Below, in pieces: positions 51,662 through 64,000 of a DNA stretch of 64,000 nucleotides. The position numbers were made by a program, and so were the translations under genes. Below the pieces are notes generated by a model, which was not told where the DNA came from, did not search any database, and saw only the letters and a list, made by a program, of their open reading frames with translations. The first letter of the stretch is position 1, and each line of letters opens with the position of its first letter. Source of the DNA: Alphaproteobacteria bacterium (GTDB lineage Bacteria; Pseudomonadota; Alphaproteobacteria; UBA828). Where the stretch lies: the NCBI GenBank assembly GCA_965214705.1, contig OZ243972.1:864001-928000 (forward strand), written 5' to 3'.

Positions 51662-51680
51662 GCAAGGCCGAGTCCGTCGC

Positions 51681-53342
<1,662 letters not shown>

Positions 53343-53439
53343 GATCCGTGGCCGCTTGCCTGCGTATGCGGAGTTTAGCGCGGATCGGCAGGGCTTCGCA
53401 CCCGGCTATCCGTCGCGCGCGGTCGAGGGCGGGTGGCGT

Positions 53440-55089
<1,650 letters not shown>

Positions 55090-55155
55090 CCGAGATGCGT
55101 AGACCGCAGCGCCGGTGTCAAGCTGGGATCAACCGGGTCCTGAACCCGATGGAGA

Positions 55156-56067
55156 TCAGGCATCGTTGAGCATCATCGCTGCAGCGCCCACCATGCCCGC
55201 ATCGTTGCCGAGTGCAGCCTTGACCACGCGGATCGCGCCGGCAGGTGCGAGCACGGCGCGCGCGACGGCCCGCTCAGCGGCCTCGCGGTAGAGCGCGAAA
55301 TGGCGCTCGCCCATGCCGCCCCCGATGAGGATCACCTCGGGCAGGAAGCTGTGGATGAGGCTCCAGACCGCCGTCTCCATGGCGTCCGTGCTGCGGACGA
55401 TGATCGCCCTCGCCGGCTTTTCTCCTGCCTCGGCGGCATTGAAGACGGCTTCGGCATCTGCATAGCCGAACTCGGCACCCGCGCGCGCCAGCGCCGGACC
55501 CGCAGCGAGGGCTTCGAGGCAGCCGCGGCCGCCGCAGTAACACGCCGGCCCGGTCGGGTCGACGATCACGTGGCCGATCTCGGGATGGTCGCCGGCGGCA
55601 CCCCGCAGGATCGCGCCGTCGATCAGCACAGCGCCGCCAATGCCGGTGCCGATGGTCAGCATCAGCGCGACGCGGGCGCCGCGAGCCGCGCCGGCCAGCG
55701 CCTCGCCCAGCAGCGCCGCATCCGCGTCGTTGATGAGCCGCACCCGCGTATCGAAGCGAGCGACGAGCGGGCTCAGGATATCGTTCCCCTCCCAGCCGGG
55801 AAGAGTGTAGAAATTCTCGATCCGCCCGCTCGCCTCGTCGAAGGGGCCTGGGCAGCCGAGGCCGATGCCCGTTAGCGTGGGTACATCGACGTTCGCTTCG
55901 GCCAGGGTCTCGTCGATGGCCCGGGTGAGCCGCTCAAGCCCTGCATCGAAGCCCGCTTCGGCGTCGGTCGCAATGGTCCGCCGCGCATGCACCGCACCGG
56001 CCGCATCCACCGCGCCGACCGCGATCTTGGTGCCGCCGATATCGACGCCCAGCGCGACGCGGCTCAT
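55156..56067 (-). CDS. ROK family sugar kinase
   Basis: GVDIGGTK, INDADAA, GTGIGG, EIGH, CYCGGRGCLE. Confidence 0.93.
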   Translation of the reverse strand: MSRVALGVDIGGTKIAVGAVDAAGAVHARRTIATDAEAGFDAGLERLTRAIDETLAEANVDVPTLTGIGLGCPGPFDEASGRIENFYTLPGWEGNDILSPLVARFDTRVRLINDADAALLGEALAGAARGARVALMLTIGTGIGGAVLIDGAILRGAAGDHPEIGHVIVDPTGPACYCGGRGCLEALAAGPALARAGAEFGYADAEAVFNAAEAGEKPARAIIVRSTDAMETAVWSLIHSFLPEVILIGGGMGERHFALYREAAERAVARAVLAPAGAIRVVKAALGNDAGMVGAAAMMLNDA

Positions 56068-56069
56068 AG

Positions 56070-56792
56070 CTAATCGTCGCCCAGTCCGGTGCCGGCCGCA
56101 GCGTTCCGGTCGCAGAGGCAGACGGCGTCCCCGTGGAGCCACAGGAACGATGCGGGCAGCGCCGGCGTGATGCGCCGGGCGGCAAGCTGCGCGAGCGGTG
56201 CCCGCTTGGCCTCGCCCGAAACCATGAGCAGGATTTGGCGCGCGCGCAGGATGTCGCCCAGGCCAAGGGTCAGGCCTTCGCGGACCGGGTCGGCGGTATC
56301 GGCCAGCATGGGGTGGCCACGCGATCGCTCGGCAAGGGTGGCGATGTGGCAGAAGGGATCGAAGCTTTCCGCCGGCTCGTTCAGCGCCAGATGCCCGTTC
56401 AGCCCAAGCCCCAGGATGCAGAGGTCGATGGGCCCGGCCGCTTCCAGGGCCGCTGCCACCCGCCGGCACTCTGCGGCCGCATCCGGTGCATCGCCGCGGA
56501 AGTCGATGCGTCGCTCCGGCGGCACGGCGAGCGGACCAAGCATCGTGCGCTGCAAGTAGGCGGCGCAGCTCGCCGGATCGTCGGGGCCGACGCCCGCCCA
56601 CTCGTCGAGCTGGATGTAGCGCGCACTCGCGAGCCGCTCCGGCGCGCCGGTCAGCAGCGCATACATGCCGGTCGGCGTTCCCCCGCTCGCGAGGCAAATC
56701 AGCAGGTCGGGCTTGGCGCGGGCCGCCTCCCAGATGACGTCCGCCGCCGCCCGATCGAGCGCCTCCCGGTCCGGCAAGACGGTAAAGCGCAC
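56070..56792 (-). CDS. Glucosamine/galactosamine-6-phosphate isomerase (NagB/AgaI-like)
   Basis: LASGGTP, QLDEW, LGLGLNGHLALNEP, LPASFL. Confidence 0.88.
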   Translation of the reverse strand: MRFTVLPDREALDRAAADVIWEAARAKPDLLICLASGGTPTGMYALLTGAPERLASARYIQLDEWAGVGPDDPASCAAYLQRTMLGPLAVPPERRIDFRGDAPDAAAECRRVAAALEAAGPIDLCILGLGLNGHLALNEPAESFDPFCHIATLAERSRGHPMLADTADPVREGLTLGLGDILRARQILLMVSGEAKRAPLAQLAARRITPALPASFLWLHGDAVCLCDRNAAAGTGLGDD

Positions 56793-56796
56793 AGCG

Positions 56797-57885
56797 TCAG
56801 CCCGCGCCGCCCTGCCACAGATCCCAGGGCTTGGCTGCGTCGCTCCTGAACGGCAGCGCGACCTTGGCGCCGGTGCGGGCGGACTCGTAGGCAGCGAACA
56901 GCACCTCCTGCACGGCGCGCGCGTCCTCCCCGGTCACCAGCGGTTCCGTACCGTTCTGCACGCAATCCACGAAGTGGTCGAACTCGCCCCAAAAACCGTA
57001 GTTCCACTCCTCCTCGTAGATGGTGAAGCTCCACCCCGAGGTCTCGCCGCCCTTCTCCACTGCGTAGTCGTAGCCGCCGCGGCTGTAGGTCTCGATGGAG
57101 TTGCCGTGGAGCAGGTCGGCATAGGCGACACCCTCGGAGCCATGCACCTCGGCTCGGTCGTCCATGCCGCCAGGCTTGGTCCAGCTGGTCTCGTTGAGGA
57201 AGAGGCAGCCGCCCTCGAACTCGAGGATGAGCAGCGCGTTGTCCTCGCCCCTGGTCTTGTCGCCGTGCACCTGGGTCGAGAGTTGGGCGTAGACCGAGAC
57301 GATCGGCGCGCGATCCAGCATCCAGCGGGCGAAGGCGATGCCGTGGCAGCCCATATCCGCGAGCACGCCGCCGCCTGCGCGATCCACGTCCCAGAAGTGG
57401 GGCGCGTGAGGGCCGTCATGCTTCTCGGACTGCTTGATGAGGGTTGGGCGCCCGAGGGCACCGGCGTCGAGCAGCGACTTCAAGCGCATGTACTTGGGCG
57501 CGAAGCACAGCTCCTCGGCATACATGAGGAGCACGCCGGCATCGGCGCAGGCGGCGATCATGCTGTCGGCCTCGGCCATGCTCAGGCACATCGGCTTCTC
57601 CAGCACGACGTGCTTGCGGGCAGCCGCGCAGTCCAGCACCAGCGGGCAGTGTGTGTCGTTGGGCGTGCCGATGACCACCATGTCGATATCGTCGCGCGCG
57701 AGCAGCGGGCGGTGATCGGTCCAATGGTGGGACAGGCCATAGGTCTCGGCGAAGGCCTCCGCGTGGCCCGGTGTGGGCGACGCCACGCCGATGAGGCTCG
57801 CATTGGGGTTGCGCACCAGCGCGCGGGCGTGAATCCCGCTGACGAATTGCGAACCAAGGAACCCGACACCGACCGGTTTCGTCAT
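56797..57885 (-). CDS. Gfo/Idh/MocA family oxidoreductase
   Basis: TPNDTH, HVVLEKP, GGGVLADMGCH. Confidence 0.92.
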   Translation of the reverse strand: MTKPVGVGFLGSQFVSGIHARALVRNPNASLIGVASPTPGHAEAFAETYGLSHHWTDHRPLLARDDIDMVVIGTPNDTHCPLVLDCAAARKHVVLEKPMCLSMAEADSMIAACADAGVLLMYAEELCFAPKYMRLKSLLDAGALGRPTLIKQSEKHDGPHAPHFWDVDRAGGGVLADMGCHGIAFARWMLDRAPIVSVYAQLSTQVHGDKTRGEDNALLILEFEGGCLFLNETSWTKPGGMDDRAEVHGSEGVAYADLLHGNSIETYSRGGYDYAVEKGGETSGWSFTIYEEEWNYGFWGEFDHFVDCVQNGTEPLVTGEDARAVQEVLFAAYESARTGAKVALPFRSDAAKPWDLWQGGAG

Positions 57886-58098
57886 CGACAGCCTCGCTCT
57901 TGCAGGAAGTCGCGCGGGGCGTCACGCTCCCGTTGGCTTTCTTACTACAGGCGCCGGATGCACGTCCGCAACCGGCTGCCGCCGGGGCTTGAGGCGTGAG
58001 TAGCAAGGTACTGTAATCCTGCCACCTACATTATGCTTGACGTAACGCGTATCGGCGGCCTACGTTTGAGACGGTGGCCACGTACGTTCAGAAGCACG

Positions 58099-58380
58099 TT
58101 GATTGTCGGCTTTGCAAACAAGAGAACGGAGGACTTCTATCGTGGCCGCAGGGTCGCAGCCTTCTCTGGTTTCGCGCGCACAGCGTCACGCAAGCTGGAC
58201 CAGCTCGACGCGGCCACGGGACTCCGAGACCTGATGCGCCCCGGCAACCGGCTCGAAGCGCTGAAGGGCCGCCGCAAGGGGCAGTGGAGCATCAGGATTA
58301 ATGACCAGTGGCGCATCTGCTTCGAATGGCCGGAGGGAAGCTCTGGCCCGGCCAGGGTTGAAATCGTCGACTATCATTGA
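58099..58380 (+). CDS. higB: HigB (RelE/ParE family) toxin
   Basis: PGNRLEALKG.RKGQWSIRINDQWRICF, EIVDYH. Confidence 0.93.
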   Translation: MIVGFANKRTEDFYRGRRVAAFSGFARTASRKLDQLDAATGLRDLMRPGNRLEALKGRRKGQWSIRINDQWRICFEWPEGSSGPARVEIVDYH

Positions 58381-58394
58381 GAGGGACGCACGAC

Positions 58395-58703
58395 ATGGCT
58401 CGCGAAGCCATCCATCCAGGCGAGACGCTGCGTGAGGATCTCGACGCCCTCGGAATGAGCGCCGCAGAACTCGCGCGGCGGATCGACGTCCCGGTGAATC
58501 GCATCACAGAAATCCTCAATGGCCGCCGCTCCGTCACCGGCGACACGGCACTGCGGCTGGGGCACTTCTTCGGGACGTCGGGGGAATTCTGGCTCAACCT
58601 TCAGAAGCTCTACGAGCTGAGACGCGCCGAGCAGAAGCACGGCGCGAAAATTGCCCGCTTGCCATCGTTACATGACAGCGATCGGATGCAGGCTTCGGGT
58701 TGA
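58395..58703 (+). CDS. higA: HigA antitoxin
   Basis: IHPGETLRE, NRITEILNGRRSVTGDTALRL, FWLNLQ. Confidence 0.94.
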   Translation: MAREAIHPGETLREDLDALGMSAAELARRIDVPVNRITEILNGRRSVTGDTALRLGHFFGTSGEFWLNLQKLYELRRAEQKHGAKIARLPSLHDSDRMQASG

Positions 58704-58824
58704 TCCACCCCCATCAGCACGCAGCCCTGGCGAGAAAAGCGGGGCAGGTATCGGTTCCACCGCCCAGAGGTGGCGCTGACGACCGCAGCGAGCGCCCGGC
58801 GACTGAGTGAAACGACCAAATTAA

Positions 58825-59127
58825 TCAGAAGCCGTGCTTGGCGGCCTCCTCGGCGTACTTGGCCTTTTGCTCAGGAGTCGCCTCGGTCTGGAAGTGCTCC
58901 TTCCACTCCGCGTAGGTCATGCCGTAGACCAGTTGGCGCGCCTCCTCCAGGTCCATGTCCAGCCCCTTCTCCTCGGCGGCGGCGCGATACCACTTGGAGA
59001 GGCAGTTGCGGCAGAACCCGGCGAGGTTCATCAGCTCGATGTTCTGCACGTCCGTGCGCTTGCGCAGATGCGCGACGAGAGTGCGGAAGGCGGCGGCCTC
59101 CAGCTCGATCTGGGTCTTATCGTCCAT
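58825..59127 (-). CDS. DUF1244 family protein
   Basis: ELEAAAFR, DVQNIELMNLAGFCRNCLSKWY, YGMTYAEWK. Confidence 0.92.
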   Translation of the reverse strand: MDDKTQIELEAAAFRTLVAHLRKRTDVQNIELMNLAGFCRNCLSKWYRAAAEEKGLDMDLEEARQLVYGMTYAEWKEHFQTEATPEQKAKYAEEAAKHGF

Positions 59128-59413
59128 CGTCCGCCTCCGCGGTGCCGGCCTCGGTCGCGGCCTCAGCCGCAGCAAGCCGCGCTTCCAGTCGTGCGACGCG
59201 TTCGGCCAGCGCCTCGCTCTCGCTTCGGGCGCGCGCTGCCATCTCCTTGACCGCGTCGAACTCGTCCCGCGGGACCAGGTCCATCTGCGCCAGGATGCCT
59301 TCGAGGCGGCGCTTGACCATGGCGTCGAGCTCGCCCTTGAGGCCGCTGGCGGCCCCCATGGCCCCGGTGGCGACGCGGGCCACGTCGTCCAGAATGTGGC
59401 TGTCGGTCTGCAT
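59117..59413 (-). CDS. ubiK: Accessory factor UbiK (BMFP) family protein
   Basis: ILDDVAR, MDLVPRDEFDAVKEMAARAR...LAERVARLE. Confidence 0.85.
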   Translation of the reverse strand: MQTDSHILDDVARVATGAMGAASGLKGELDAMVKRRLEGILAQMDLVPRDEFDAVKEMAARARSESEALAERVARLEARLAAAEAATEAGTAEADDGR

Positions 59414-59568
59414 CGGTAGTCTCCCGTCTCTTCGTCAGTATGCCACGGAGGCGTGCGCTCCCTGTAGCGTGAGATGAGTCGGGCCAAAGTGCTTTTCAAG
59501 CGGGATCAAACCGGCGACCATCGACGCATGGCAAGACGCGCGAGACGACAGAGGGGAGCGCGCCGCCC

Positions 59569-60192
59569 ATGACAGCAGTTGCGGGTGTGTTGCTCGCCGG
59601 CGGCCTCGCGCGGCGCATGGGGGGCGGCGACAAGTGCCTGCGTCCGCTCGCCGGCGAGACCCTGCTCGCGCGCGTGATTGCGCGTGCAACGCCGCAGGTC
59701 GGCCCGCTAATCCTGAATGCCAACGGCGATCCCGCGCGGTTCGCGCCGTACGGCCTGCCGGTGGTAGCCGATGTGGTGGAAGGCCATGCCGGGCCGCTCG
59801 CCGGCATCCTGACCGCGCTCGACTGGGCGGCGGAGAATGCGCCCCACCACCCCCTGGTGGCAAGCTTCGCCACCGATGCGCCGTTCCTGCCGCTGGATCT
59901 GGTCGAGACCATGGTGGAGGCCCGCGATCTTGCGGGCGCCGACCTCGCCTGTGCCGCGTCGGATGGGCGGGCGCATCCGGTGTTCGGGCTCTGGCCGGTG
60001 GAGCTCCGCGCCGACCTGCGCGACGCCCTGGTGGAGCAGGGCGAGCGCAAGATCGACCGCTGGACCGCGAGCCACCGGCTGGTGGAGGTCACCTTCCCCT
60101 GCGCTCCCGTGGACCCGTTCTTCAACGCAAACCGCGAGGACGACCTGGCCGAGGCCGAACGCCTGATCGCGGAGCACGGCAACGCACTCTGA
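59569..60192 (+). CDS. mobA: Molybdenum cofactor guanylyltransferase
   Basis: [30 protein letters not shown]. Confidence 0.93.
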   Translation: MTAVAGVLLAGGLARRMGGGDKCLRPLAGETLLARVIARATPQVGPLILNANGDPARFAPYGLPVVADVVEGHAGPLAGILTALDWAAENAPHHPLVASFATDAPFLPLDLVETMVEARDLAGADLACAASDGRAHPVFGLWPVELRADLRDALVEQGERKIDRWTASHRLVEVTFPCAPVDPFFNANREDDLAEAERLIAEHGNAL

Positions 60193-60216
60193 GCCCCACT
60201 GAGAGGGGCGACGCCG

Positions 60217-61479
60217 TCACTCCTCCGCGTGGGCGTAGGTAAGGTCGTGCGGCGGGCGGTCGCCGAGGGCCGGATCGGTGCCCGCCGGCTGATAGGGTGC
60301 GCCCAGCGTGCCGATGTCGAGCGGCACCGGCTGCTTGAGCAGGCTGCGTGCGATAACCAGCCGCTGGATCGAAGGCGTGCCCTCCTCCAGCATGTTGATC
60401 CGGCATTCCCGGTAGAGCCGCTCCAGCGGATAGGGGTAGTCGGTGAAGTAAGCGCGCCCGCCGACCACGTCCATCGCCTTGTCGGTCACCCGCATCACGG
60501 TCTCGAGCCCGAACAGCTTGGCGATAGAGGCTTCCACCGCGCACGGCTCCTCGCGGTCGATCTTGGCGGCCACGTCCTCAAGAATGAGGCGGAGCGCGTA
60601 GACGTCGCGGGCCATGTCAGCGAGCTCGGACTGCACCGAGGGGCGGGCGGCGATGGGCTTGCCGAAGGTGATTCGCTCGCCGGCAAAGTGGAGGGCGATC
60701 TCCAGCGCGCGCTCGGCGGTGCCCAGCGAGCTCGCAGCGACGAAGACGCGGCTCGGCTCCAGCTCGCCGAGGAAGACGTCGAGGCCGTCGCCCTCGGCGC
60801 CGACTATGCTATCTACCGGCACCGGGGTGTCCTTGAAGCGCAGGATGCCGTGGGGCGGGCCGTTGTTGCCCATCATGTCAGGCATGGGCTCGATGGTGAA
60901 GCCGGGCGCGCCAGTGGGCACCACCAGCGCGGTGAGCCCGCGTCGGTCGCCGCGTGCGCCGGTGCGGCAGCAGATCAGGTGGCCCGTGGCGAAGTCGGCA
61001 TTGGTGATGTAGTGCTTCGCGCCATTGACGATCCAGTTGTCGCCCTCGCGCCTCGCATGGGTGCCGACATCCATCCCGCTACCTGAGTTGGGCTCGGTGA
61101 TGGCGAAGGTGAGCGACTGCTCGCCGGTGGCGAGCGCCGGCAGCAGCGCCTTCTTCTGCGTCTCGGTGCCGTAGGCGACGATGGCGCGTGCGCTCGTGTT
61201 GTGGACGTGCAGTAGCACGCGGACGACGCCCGAGACCTTCGAGAACTCGGCGAGCAGCGGCAGGTACTGGGAGCAGCTTAGCGCGATGCCGCCGTATTCC
61301 TCGGGGATCACCGCGCCGAAGAGGCCATGATCGCGGAACTGCGGAAAGAGCGCGTCCTGCGGGAACGTGCCCGTGCGTTCCATCTCGCTGGCCTTGGGCT
61401 CGACCTCGTGCCAGAGAAAGTCGAAGACCCGCCTGCGGTAGGCCTCGTAATCGCTCGCCGTCTCAACTCCATTCACCAT
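60217..61479 (-). CDS. Acyl-CoA dehydrogenase family protein
   Basis: [29 protein letters not shown]. Confidence 0.9.
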   Translation of the reverse strand: MVNGVETASDYEAYRRRVFDFLWHEVEPKASEMERTGTFPQDALFPQFRDHGLFGAVIPEEYGGIALSCSQYLPLLAEFSKVSGVVRVLLHVHNTSARAIVAYGTETQKKALLPALATGEQSLTFAITEPNSGSGMDVGTHARREGDNWIVNGAKHYITNADFATGHLICCRTGARGDRRGLTALVVPTGAPGFTIEPMPDMMGNNGPPHGILRFKDTPVPVDSIVGAEGDGLDVFLGELEPSRVFVAASSLGTAERALEIALHFAGERITFGKPIAARPSVQSELADMARDVYALRLILEDVAAKIDREEPCAVEASIAKLFGLETVMRVTDKAMDVVGGRAYFTDYPYPLERLYRECRINMLEEGTPSIQRLVIARSLLKQPVPLDIGTLGAPYQPAGTDPALGDRPPHDLTYAHAEE

Positions 61480-61562
61480 ACCGTGACTCCTGCCGCTTTT
61501 GTTTGCCGCATCTCCGCGAGGTGCTATCTAACACACAAGGACGAGACGGGTATGAGGGCGAG

Positions 61563-62036
61563 ATGACTGAAACGGCGATTTTCGGAGCGGGCTGCTTCTG
61601 GGGCGTCGAGGCCGCGTTTCGCCGGGTCGACGGCGTCGTCGAGACTGCGGTCGGATACGCGGGCGGCCACACGGCCGAGCCGGGCTACTACGACGTGTGC
61701 AGCGGGCAGACCGGCCATGCGGAAGTGGTGCGCGTGGTCTTCGATCCCGCGCGGGTGAGCTACGAGCGGCTGCTGGAGCTGTTCTGGCAGGTCCACGACC
61801 CGACCCAGGTCAACCGCCAAGGGCCGGATGTCGGCACCCAATATCGCACTGTCATCTTCTACGGCTCGGAAGCGCAGAAAGAGGCCGCAGAAGCGAGCAA
61901 AGCGAAGCTGATGGCGGCAGGGCACCCCATCGCGACCCTGATCGAGCCGGCGGCGGAATTCTGGATGGCCGAGGACTACCACCAACAGTACTTCGAGAAG
62001 AACCGGCGCATTCGCTCCGGCCTCTTCCGCATCTGA
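61563..62036 (+). CDS. msrA: Peptide-methionine (S)-S-oxide reductase
   Basis: [35 protein letters not shown]. Confidence 0.95.
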   Translation: MTETAIFGAGCFWGVEAAFRRVDGVVETAVGYAGGHTAEPGYYDVCSGQTGHAEVVRVVFDPARVSYERLLELFWQVHDPTQVNRQGPDVGTQYRTVIFYGSEAQKEAAEASKAKLMAAGHPIATLIEPAAEFWMAEDYHQQYFEKNRRIRSGLFRI

Positions 62037-62086
62037 CCGGCCGCGCCTGCCAGCGTCGCAAGAGTCAGGGCTGCGCCTCTCGAATC

Positions 62087-63436
62087 ATGGGAATCGCCGA
62101 GGCGGGTGACTCCGCCACCCTGCTAGAGGGACTGATTGCGCGCGCCCGGCGGCTCGGCGCCGACGCCGCCGACGCTGCAATGCTGCGCGGCAGCGCCCTC
62201 GACGTGAGCTGCCGCCTCGGCGAGCCGGAAGAGGTCGTCCGATCGGAGGTGCACAGCCTCGGCCTGCGCGTCTTCGTCGGCGAGCGCCAAGCCATCGTCT
62301 CCACCACCGATCTTTCGGAAGGCGCGCTCGCGCCCCTCGCCGAGCGGGCGATTGCCATGGCGCGCGCGGTGCCGGAGGACCCTTACGCGGGCCTCGCCGA
62401 TCCGGCCCTTCTCGCCCGGGACTGGCCCTCCCTCGACCTCGCCGATGCGGGGGAGCCCGGCCCGGACGACCTGATGGAGCGCGCGCTGACAGCCGAGGAC
62501 ACCGCCCGCGCCGTCGCCGGAGTCACCAACTCCGAAGGCGCCGGTGCCGGCTGGCGGCGGCGAGAGGTGACCCTGGTCACCAGCGACAGTTTCGCCGGCC
62601 AAACCGAGTCTGGCAGCCACTCGATCAGCGCAGCGGCCCTGGCCGGCGAAGGCACCGCGATGGAACGCGACTATTGGTGGTCGTCTGCGGTGTACGAGGC
62701 CGATCTGGATGCCGCCGCCGCAGTCGGCCGCCGCGCCGGCGAGCGCGCGGTGCGTCGCCTCGGCGCCCGCAAGGCGCAATCAGGCCAGGTGCCGGTGGTC
62801 TACGACCCTCGGATCGCCGGCGGGCTGCTATCCCACCTCGCGGGCGCGATCTCCGGCCCGTCCATCGCGCGCGGAACGAGCTTCCTGAAGGACGCGCTGG
62901 AAACTGTAGTGTTCGCCGCCGGTATTACCGTCGTGGACGATCCGCACCGGGTGCGGGGGCTGCGCTCGCGCCCGTTCGACGGCGAGGGCGTCGCCACGGA
63001 GCGGTGTGCGATCATCGCCGACGGTGTGCTGCAAACTTGGCTGCTCGACAGCCGCTCGGCCCGCCAGCTCGGCCTTGCCAGCACCGGCCATGCCGTGCGC
63101 GGGACCAGCGGGCCGCCGTCGCCCGCCTGTTCCAACCTTTGGCTGGAACCGGGCGCGGACGGCGCCGAGGCGCTCATCGGCGGCGTGGAGAGTGGCCTCT
63201 ACGTCACCGAGCTGATCGGCATGGGCGTGAACCAGGTGACCGGCGACTACAGTCGGGGCGCTGCCGGGTTCTGGATCGAGCAGGGCGAAATCGCCTATCC
63301 GGTGAGCGAGGTCACCGTCGCGGGCAATCTCAGGGAGATGTTCCGCCACCTCACGCCAGCCAGCGATCTTGAGTTCCGGTATGGGGTCGATAGCCCGACC
63401 GTGCGCATCGACGGCATGACAGTGGCGGGCCGCTGA
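62087..63436 (+). CDS. pmbA: TldD/PmbA family protein (PmbA/TldE)
   Basis: GLRVFVG, RPFDGEG, STGHA, GVNQVTGDYSRGAAG, TVAGNL. Confidence 0.9.
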   Translation: MGIAEAGDSATLLEGLIARARRLGADAADAAMLRGSALDVSCRLGEPEEVVRSEVHSLGLRVFVGERQAIVSTTDLSEGALAPLAERAIAMARAVPEDPYAGLADPALLARDWPSLDLADAGEPGPDDLMERALTAEDTARAVAGVTNSEGAGAGWRRREVTLVTSDSFAGQTESGSHSISAAALAGEGTAMERDYWWSSAVYEADLDAAAAVGRRAGERAVRRLGARKAQSGQVPVVYDPRIAGGLLSHLAGAISGPSIARGTSFLKDALETVVFAAGITVVDDPHRVRGLRSRPFDGEGVATERCAIIADGVLQTWLLDSRSARQLGLASTGHAVRGTSGPPSPACSNLWLEPGADGAEALIGGVESGLYVTELIGMGVNQVTGDYSRGAAGFWIEQGEIAYPVSEVTVAGNLREMFRHLTPASDLEFRYGVDSPTVRIDGMTVAGR

Positions 63437-63548
63437 ACGCTGACGGCGCTTCTCCACGGGGTATGCTACGGTTGGAGCCCATGCCCCGGCCATGCTATGG
63501 GGCTGATTTCAAGCGTTTAGGCGCTGGCGCCTGAACCGGGCGAAAGCC

Positions 63549-64000
63549 GTGGAGCGACCCGACCTGTCCCCTCGACCAGGCTCGACGAGGCACTTGCTGG
63601 TCCGCCTCGTGCGCGATCATGTCCGCCCCCACGTGGGCCGGCTCGCGCTCGCCGTACTCTGCATGGCCTTTGCCGCCGGCTCCACCGCGGCTTTGGCCTA
63701 TCTCATGGAGCCGGTGCTGGACCAGATCTTCCTGGAGAAGGACCGCACGCTGCTCATCGTGGTGCCCATCGCGGTGATCGGGATCACGCTGATCCGGGGC
63801 GCCGCCACCTACGGTCAGGCGGTGCTAATGGCCTTCGTCGGGCAGCGCGTCATCGCCGACCTGCAGAGCCGCATCTTCGCCCACATCCTGCGATTCGACC
63901 TCGCGTTCTTCCAGGACACGGCGTCCGGCCGGCTGGTCTCTCGGCTCACCAACGACGTCAACATGATGCGCAACGCGGTCTCCAACGCGCTCACCGGCGT
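63549..64000 (+). CDS. msbA: MsbA-like ABC exporter, N-terminal transmembrane part (runs off the window)
   Basis: Manual translation: ...LMEPVLDQIF...VGQRVIADLQSRIFAHILRFDLAFF...GRLVSRLTNDV. Start position uncertain. Confidence 0.75.
   Translation, partial: MERPDLSPRPGSTRHLLVRLVRDHVRPHVGRLALAVLCMAFAAGSTAALAYLMEPVLDQIFLEKDRTLLIVVPIAVIGITLIRGAATYGQAVLMAFVGQRVIADLQSRIFAHILRFDLAFFQDTASGRLVSRLTNDVNMMRNAVSNALTG

Overview
High-GC window from an alphaproteobacterium, judged from a GTTC-N7-GTTC LexA box and the cysK-alaX-sseA, ubiK-DUF1244 and DUF2244 genes. It has two parts. About 1-36.7 kb is a mosaic, decaying accessory island. It carries an AbiEi antitoxin coupled to an unusual AbiEii nucleotidyltransferase-WYL-zinc-finger fusion, a coiled-coil protein with a RelE-like C-terminus, an intact IS4/IS50-like element (9-bp TSD) whose transposase is fused to DUF4338, IS1595 and IS630 remnants, and a Rieske oxygenase. 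It also holds HU, a decaying recD2, an integrase fragment, a stand-alone RpoD paralogue, and a LexA-boxed imuA-imuB-dnaE2 cassette with SRAP and a P450 beside it. The dnaE2 gene is split by three IS1634 insertions but rebuilds to an intact 1087-aa ORF when they are removed. About 37-64 kb looks like core or metabolic chromosome: thiolase, acyl-CoA dehydrogenases, SDR, L,D-transpeptidase with an Lpp-like lipoprotein, sulfur genes, two tandem Baeyer-Villiger monooxygenases, a sugar operon, higBA, mobA, msrA, pmbA and a partial msbA. No tRNA, rRNA or CRISPR array was recognised. All family calls come from motif recognition by eye, with no database searches.
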